A stretch of DNA of 64,000 nt, taken from positions 18,476,001 to 18,540,000 of the forward strand of contig OZ024757.1 in the NCBI GenBank assembly GCA_964016885.1. The letters run 5' to 3'. The position numbers were made by a program, and so were the translations under genes. Source of the stretch: Eledone cirrhosa (lineage: Eukaryota). Positions 56,813 to 64,000 of this stretch are shown here, piece by piece. Below the pieces are notes generated by a model. That model made no database searches and was not told the origin of the DNA. It saw nothing but the letters and a program-made list of their open reading frames with translations. The number at the start of each line of letters is the position of its first letter. Positions within the stretch are counted from its first letter, which is position 1.

Positions 56813-57239
56813 GACTAGATGGCTCCGTTATGAGGGGGGGGGGGGGGGGACTGGCCAGTTGGCTGTGCCGATCCCATCTCACAACAGAACTGTATTTTTT
56901 GGGGGAGCCCAACTCATCACACAGAGGGAACCACACTTTAGGAGCCTGGTACTGGATGGCACTGATATAAGGAGCTTAACCCATCCCACAGCGTAGCCAT
57001 GGTTTTGGGGCCCCTCACTGGGTAACACCACAATGAGGAGAGGTGGTCGGTCAGCCATGTGAAACTCATCTCATAATGTTACCACATTTTGGGGACCCGG
57101 AACTGGATGATACTGCTATGAAGAGGGACAGGAGCAGAACCAGACTTTGGGGCCTGGCGTTGGGTGGCACCACTGTGCGAAGGGACTCAAGATACCATTA
57201 TGAGGAGGGAGAGGCCATGTGGGCCGTCACCGAACCCTT

Positions 57240-58016
57240 GGTAGTGGTGGTGGTGGTGGTGGTCATGGTGGTGGTGGTCATGGTGGTGGTGGTGGTGGTC
57301 GTGGTCATGGTGGTGGTGGTGGTCGTGGTGGTGGTGGTGGTCGTGGTCATGGTGGTGGTGGTGGTGGTCGTGGTCGTGGTGGTGGTGTAGTGGTCGTGGT
57401 GGTGGTGGTGGTGGTGGTGGTGGTCGTGGTCATGGTGGTGGTGGTGGTCGTGGTCATGGTGGTGGTGGTCGTGGTCATGGTGGTCGTGGTGGTGGTGGTG
57501 GTGTAGTGGTCGTGGTGGTGGTGGTGGTGGTGGTCGTGGTCGTGGTGGTGGTGGTGGTGATAGTGGTGATAGTGGTGGTGGTGGTGATAGTGTTGGTGGT
57601 CATAGTGTTGGTAATGGTGTTAGTGGTGGTGGTGGTCGTGGTGGTGGTCGTGGTGGTGGTGGTGGTGGTGTAGTGGTCGTGGTGGTGGTGGTGGTGATAG
57701 TGGTGGTGGTGGTGATAGTGTTGGTGGTCATAGTGTTGGTAATGGTGTTAGTGGTGGTGGTGGTCGTGGTCGTGGTGGTGGTGGTGGTGGTCGTGGTGGT
57801 GGTGGTGGTGTAGTGGTCGTGGTGGTGGTGGTGGTCGTGGTCATGGTGGTGGTGGTGGTGGTGGTGGTCATGGTGGTGGTCGTGGTCATGGTGGTGGTCA
57901 TGGTGGTGGTCGTGGTCATGGTGGTCGTGGTGGTGGTGGTGGTGTAGTGGTCGTGGTGGTGGTGGTGGTGGTGGTCGTGGTCGTGGTGGTGGTGATGGTG
58001 GTGGTGGTGGTCATGG
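57240..58016. repeat. (GGT/GTC)n low complexity
   Basis: Direct reading. Confidence 0.95.
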
Positions 58017-58454
58017 TAAATCAATAGAAAACTGTTCACCATAACATTATCGAACTGTTGATGATATTGATTATATATGTCCTGTTGCTGGGAACAATAA
58101 CACACACATACACATACACACACATACATATACACATACATATACACACATACATATACACACATACATATACACACATACTGACACATACATATACACA
58201 CATACTGACACACACATACACACATATAAATATACACGTACATATACACACATATAGAAACACACATATACACATATATACACACATACAGACAGATGCA
58301 TATACACACATATACACATGCACATACAGACACAGACACACACACACATAGACACCTACATATACACAAACAGACACTCAGACAGTGATATACACAGACA
58401 CACACACACACACATACAGACACACATACACACATACACACACACACATACACA

Positions 58455-58523
<69 letters not shown>

Positions 58524-58865
58524 CAATATTTACACACCCAAATAATTATATACACCCACTCACATTTTGAAAAGGCACGTAGGATATTTCATGCGTAATT
58601 ACGCACACACACACACACACACACACACTGTGCCACACACGACACACGGTGACACACAGACACACACGTAGACACATGCACACACACATAGACACACACA
58701 CAGAGCCAGACACACACATAGTGACATAGTATCAGCAATGGAAAGACCAATGGAAACACAGTTTCCTTGGTCCAATTTGATCAACTTCTTTCATTTTTTA
58801 CACAGGATGAAGGGACAGATTTTATCGTCTGCATTTAAAATGAGCATTTTGATGTGTAAATTTCT

Positions 58866-59285
58866 TCTTCTTGTGGCTCCACCTGGAGTGACACGCTGGT
58901 CTCTGAGTTACGCACTTTATCAAGTAACGTTACTCCAAAGACCCTTCGAAGGAACCCCATTTCAGCCTGTTGTATCTGCTATCATATCCCTTCGGTCATT
59001 ACCCAAGATTCATGACTACAGGTAAGGGTTGGCATAAATACTGAATTGAAGATAGCTACTTTGGCTTTTATACCTACCGCCCTCCCTTCTGATTACTGAA
59101 TGGTGAAGCTGGCGCATTACTGCACCAGCTCCCTGCAATTCCTGCACTTAATTCAGCCTCCCACCTTCCATCACTCGTGAACACAGCCCTTGAACTTCTC
59201 TACCTTCTTCAGTGGAACTCCATTGTAAACTGAACTGTGCAGGCTTCCTTGAGAGGGCCAGTGTCTCAGTCTTTGCAGCACTCAG
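58866..59285 (-). mobile_element. RTE LINE C-terminal fragment
   Basis: Minus translation VFMPTLTCSHESWVMT..QQAEMGFLRRVFGVTLLDKVRNS with stops. Confidence 0.8.
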
Positions 59286-59299
59286 CATCAAACCATTTA

Positions 59300-60490
59300 A
59301 GAGTAGATGCTGGGAAGCAGAGACTAGAAAGAAAGGGTCTCAAAGTCAACCTGACAAAGAAGAAAAGGTCCTCGTAAGTAGATGAGAAAACAGAACCCCG
59401 ATCCCCTCAGGGAAATGGCCTTTATGTAGGAAAGGTTTAGGTAGGAACTCCATTCTCTGCCACAAATGCAAAAATGGGTACACAAGAGATGTAGCGGGAT
59501 CTCAGGAAGTTTAGCAAAGAATGTCGGCTTCATATGTAGCAGTTGCGCTGGGACAGCAAGCAGCAAACGGCCACAAGAAACAAGCACCACCAAACCCTGG
59601 GAGGGCTCTGTAGAAACAGTAGACAGCTTCTGCTACCTAGGTGACCGAATTAGCAGCGGAGGTGGGTGTTCGGAAAGTACAATAACTAGGGTAAGAACGG
59701 GATGGAAGAAGTTCAGGGAGCTACTGCCACTGCTAGCTGCAAAAGGCTTTGCCCTCAAAATGAAAGGCAGACTGTATGATGCGTGTATACGAACAGCAAT
59801 GTTACATGGTAGTGAGACCTGGGCACTGTCTGTAGAAGACTTGCATAGATTAGAAAGAAGCATGCATGCTCCAATGGATGTGTAATAATAATATACTCGA
59901 ATGGTAAAGCATAAACGATTTGAGAGAGAGACTGAGCATAGGAAGAATCAAATGCTGTATGCAGGAGAGGAGGTTGCGTTGGTATTGACATGTGATGCGT
60001 ATGAAGGATGACAACTGCATAAAAAGGTGCAGAGCACTAGAAGTCGATGGAAACTGCGGAGTGGGGAGACCCGAGAAGACCTGGGATGAGGTGATAAAAG
60101 CCGACCTTACCCAATTGCACCTCTCAAGGGCAATGACACGCGACCGTGACCTCTGGCGTCACGCAGTAATACAGAAGACCTGACTTCCCACCCACGGGTA
60201 CAAGCCGAAGCTGAAGCATATAGACAATATGCCCCTCCCCCCTCCCACAGTAAAGTGGTTGTGTAGGTATCATGACAAAAAAGCACCCAGCCCACACTGT
60301 AAAGTGGACGTGTAGGCGTCACGGAAAAAAAACACCCAGCACTCACTGTAAATAAGGTTGGTGTTAGGAAGGGCATCCAGCTGTAGAAATCAAGCCAGAG
60401 TCAGTTCCTGTATGAGCAAGGCATGGTCAGCCGACTGGACACTGGCCACAACAGGACAACCCGTCTAACCCATGCTAGCGTGGAAGAACG
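59300..60490 (+). mobile_element. RTE LINE 3' portion with Cys/His (PHD-like) insert and 3' UTR
   Basis: KWVHKRCSGI..FICSSC, VDSFCYLGD, LHGSETW, GRPEKTWDEVIKADL..DRDLWR; frameshifted. Confidence 0.88.
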
Positions 60491-60873
60491 CTGTGGAATT
60501 AATTGATACAGCGTATCCTGTCATTATGGGACACCCTGTATTTGTTTCTAGAATGTTCCATGTCTGTTGCTGCCACTGGTTTTCCTTATGTGACCATCCA
60601 GTGACACCCACCCATCCCCACCCCATTCATCCACCCATCTTACCTGTATGGAATTGCATACCTGTAACACAATCCGATACATTAACTAATTGACTGTTAT
60701 CGATCTCTTTGGCAATCAATCAATCAATATTTAGCTGTGTGGGAGGGTGTGGTAAAGAGGGTAGAGTGGGGGTGTTGACATTCCCAGTCAAAGTTTTGTC
60801 CTCCATCCTTTTCTCTCTCTCTCGTTCTCTCTCTCTCTCTCTCTCGTTCTCTCTCTCTCTCGTTCTCTCTCTC

Positions 60874-60914
<41 letters not shown>

Positions 60915-60954
60915 CCAGGCTTCATTCTTGACTTCTCTCAACTCTATAGAAGCA

Positions 60955-62310
60955 AACAACACCACCACCAACAACATCAATACCACCACCACTATTTACA
61001 CCACTACCACCACCACCATTTACACCACCACCACCACCATTAACACCACTACCACCATTAACACCACCACCACCACCATTAACACCACTACCACCATTAA
61101 CACCACCACCACCACCATTAACACCACCACCACCATTAACACCATCACCACCACCACTACCACCATTAACACCACCACCATCAATACCACCACCACTACT
61201 ACCATTAACACCACTACCATTAACACCACCACCACCATTAACACCACCACCACCATTAACACCATCACCACCACCACTACCACCATTAACACCACCACCA
61301 TCAATACCACCACCACTACTACCATTAACACCACCACCATCAACACCACCACCACCATCAACACCACCACCACCATCAACACCACCACCACCATTAACAC
61401 CACTACCACCATTAACACCACTACCACCATTAACACCACCACCATCAATACCACCACCACCACCACCACCATTAACACCACCATCAATACCACCACCACC
61501 ATCAATACCACCACCACCACCACCATTAACAGCACCACCACCACCATTAACAGCACCACCACCATTAACACCACCACCATCAATACCACCACCACTACCA
61601 TTAACACCACCATCAATACCACCACCACCACCATTAACACCACTACCATTAACACCACCACCACTACTACCACCACCATCAATACCACCACTACTACCAC
61701 CACCATCAATACCACCACCACCACCACCACTACCATTAACACCACCACCACCATTAACACCACCACCACCATTAACACAACCACCATCAATACCACCACA
61801 ACCACCACTACCATTAACACCACCACCATCAATACCACCACCACCACCATTAACACAACCACCATCAATACCACCACAACCACCACTACCATTAACACCA
61901 CCACCATCAATACCACCACCACTACCACCACCAGGAGGAGAGAGACAGGGAGAGGTGGAGGAGAGAGAGTGAGAAGAAATAATCGAAGTGTCCACCAATC
62001 GAATTCAATGAGTTTCTATCAGTTGTGTAATCTACTATATTGATTGATTTTATCATCATCATCATCAACATGTCATAGACACACAAACACCACTTGTACC
62101 ACCACCACCACACTACCACTTGTACCACTACCACCACCACCACCACTGTTACCAACACCATCATCACCATTGTCACCACCACCACTACCACCACTACCAC
62201 CACCACCACTGTCACCAACACCATCACCACCATTGACACCACTACCACCACCACTGTCACCACTACCACCACCACTGTCACCACTACCACCACCACCACC
62301 ACCACTTCAA
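60955..62310. repeat. (ACC/ATT/AAC)n low complexity
   Basis: Direct reading. Confidence 0.95.
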
Positions 62311-62689
62311 CAATAACAGTCACGTATATGAAGCTACCCCATGTAACATGTCTATATAGCTGGTGTGACTATTTCATTTGACTCTACCACTATATATATA
62401 TATACACACACACACATATATATATATATATACACACATATATATATATATACACATATATATATATATATACACATATATATATATATATACACATATA
62501 CATATACACATATATATATACACACATATATATATAAAACAGTGCCCTGCGGTGGCGTTGAAACCATTCCAAGGTAGGTTACCCTTCACATTTATTACCA
62601 CAGCCCCACATTATCATTGTCTGCCACTTCACAGCTGTACAACAAATCTATTTCACTGTCTGTCTGTTTATCAATATATCTATCTATCT

Positions 62690-63047
62690 ATCTCTTTAGA
62701 AGGAGAATCAGGGTGGAGAGAGAGGCACTGCACCCCAGTAAATTTACTGAAAGGTGGGTGAATGAAGCGAAAATGGCCCGAGTGATTGAGCCTTCTCTGT
62801 TTATAAGCCTGTAGGTTAAAGAAGAGAGCAAAAGGAAGAAGGGAGCACTTGTACAACACGCTCCTCGAGTTGAGGGTTGTTCTATCGACGGGGTATTAAA
62901 CAACCCATTTGTAGCGCCTCCCCCCTATTGGGGATTTCGATTGTTGAAATTGTTTGTTTTTATATTTTTTACACGACTGTATGTAAAATCCCCGGCATGT
63001 CTTTGTATTGTCCCCTTTCTTGTTGCGCCCTTGTGGCTAATAAAGAA

Positions 63048-63120
<73 letters not shown>

Positions 63121-63830
63121 CATCTGTCTGTGGTGCTGTACCCCAGCAAGTTTTATGAAAGGTGGGTGAAAGTGCCGAGAATGGCCCGAGTGTGAATGGG
63201 CCTTCTCTCTATATCAGCCTGTAGGTTGAGGAAAAGGAGGAGGAGAGGAAAGGAGTACAAACTCTTCGTACTGCTGGAGATGAGGGTTTCACATTTTTTC
63301 GGGGGGTATGTGTTACCCATATGAACTGTCTCCCCCTATTGGGGAAAATCGACTAATTTTTTTAATTACATTTGTGATAACATTTTACACGTTTTTATTG
63401 TATGTAAACTTCCCCCTTTGTATTTGTCCCCTTCTTTCTCTCCGGCGAGCAACTGATTCGTTTTTTTCAAATATCATTTTGGAAGGAGAATCAGGATGGA
63501 GAGAGAGGTGCTGTACCCCAGCAAATTTTATAAAAGGTGGGTGAATGTGGCAAAGATGGCCCGAGTGGTTGGGCCTTCTCTCTATATAAGCCTGTAGGTT
63601 GAGCACTCATGGTGCTCCTGGAGATGAGGGTTGTACATTTTCTCGGGGTGTGTACAACCCCTGTGTAACGCCTCCCCCCCCCCCGCCCCCTATTGGGGAT
63701 TTCAATTGTTATTTGTTATTTTATTAATAGTTTTATTTTCATATACCTGTATGTAAACTCCCCATTTGTATTTGTCCCCTTCTTTTGTGCCCTTGTGGCT
63801 AATAAAGAAATTTATCTATCTATCTATCTA
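62690..63830 (+). mobile_element. Three stacked L1/Tx1-like 3' ends at (TATC)n
   Basis: FYERWVKVPRMARV-type ends; 3' UTR ends aataaagaaa followed by (TCTA)n in two of three copies. Confidence 0.65.
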
Positions 63831-63881
63831 CCTATCTATCTATGTATCTGTCTCTCTCTCTATATATATATATATTTATAT

Positions 63882-64000
63882 AGGAAAATGCTTGACCCCG
63901 ACGGCAGAGCTCAAGCCGTTACAACGGCTAATTCTGGACTATATATATATATATAGTGGAGGAAATGTGGTAATGAACCAGGTGGACCATAACGCACCAA
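63882..64000. mobile_element. Family P fragments
   Basis: Half palindrome, (TA)n, then start of the unique arm. Confidence 0.75.

Noticed and set aside
58806-59021. Plus-strand exon-like segment (cacAG..CAG|GTAAGG)
   Set aside because: It is the antisense of an RTE LINE fragment; exonisation cannot be excluded but is unsupported.

Overview
Repeat-saturated, AT-rich animal genomic DNA with one 200-N scaffold gap. The dominant tRNA-derived SINE and the RTE tails look like octopod cephalopod repeats (recognition only, not verified by search). No complete host gene is visible, and most ORFs in the track are microsatellite artefacts. The window holds long (TA)n, (CA)n, (TACA)n and (GGT/ACC)n tracts, about 20 SINE copies, several minisatellites and a mariner fragment. 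It also holds LINE fragments from several clades: RTE (one uninterrupted 652-codon RT frame), R4/Dong, CR1/L2-like, CRE-like, L1/Tx1-like tails and two Penelope GIY-YIG C-termini. The main hidden signal is RNA structure: about 18 type I hammerhead ribozyme motifs in at least 8 unrelated short repeat families, mostly embedded in (TA)n. Five of these families show the same inverted-3'-tail architecture. One hammerhead (19967-20090, minus) carries a four-way-junction stem II. A second signal is a 17 x 51-nt array (8923-9789) that exactly fills the space between an AG acceptor and a GT donor and is open on the plus strand, consistent with a tandemly amplified exon. All folds were done by eye and none has been tested.
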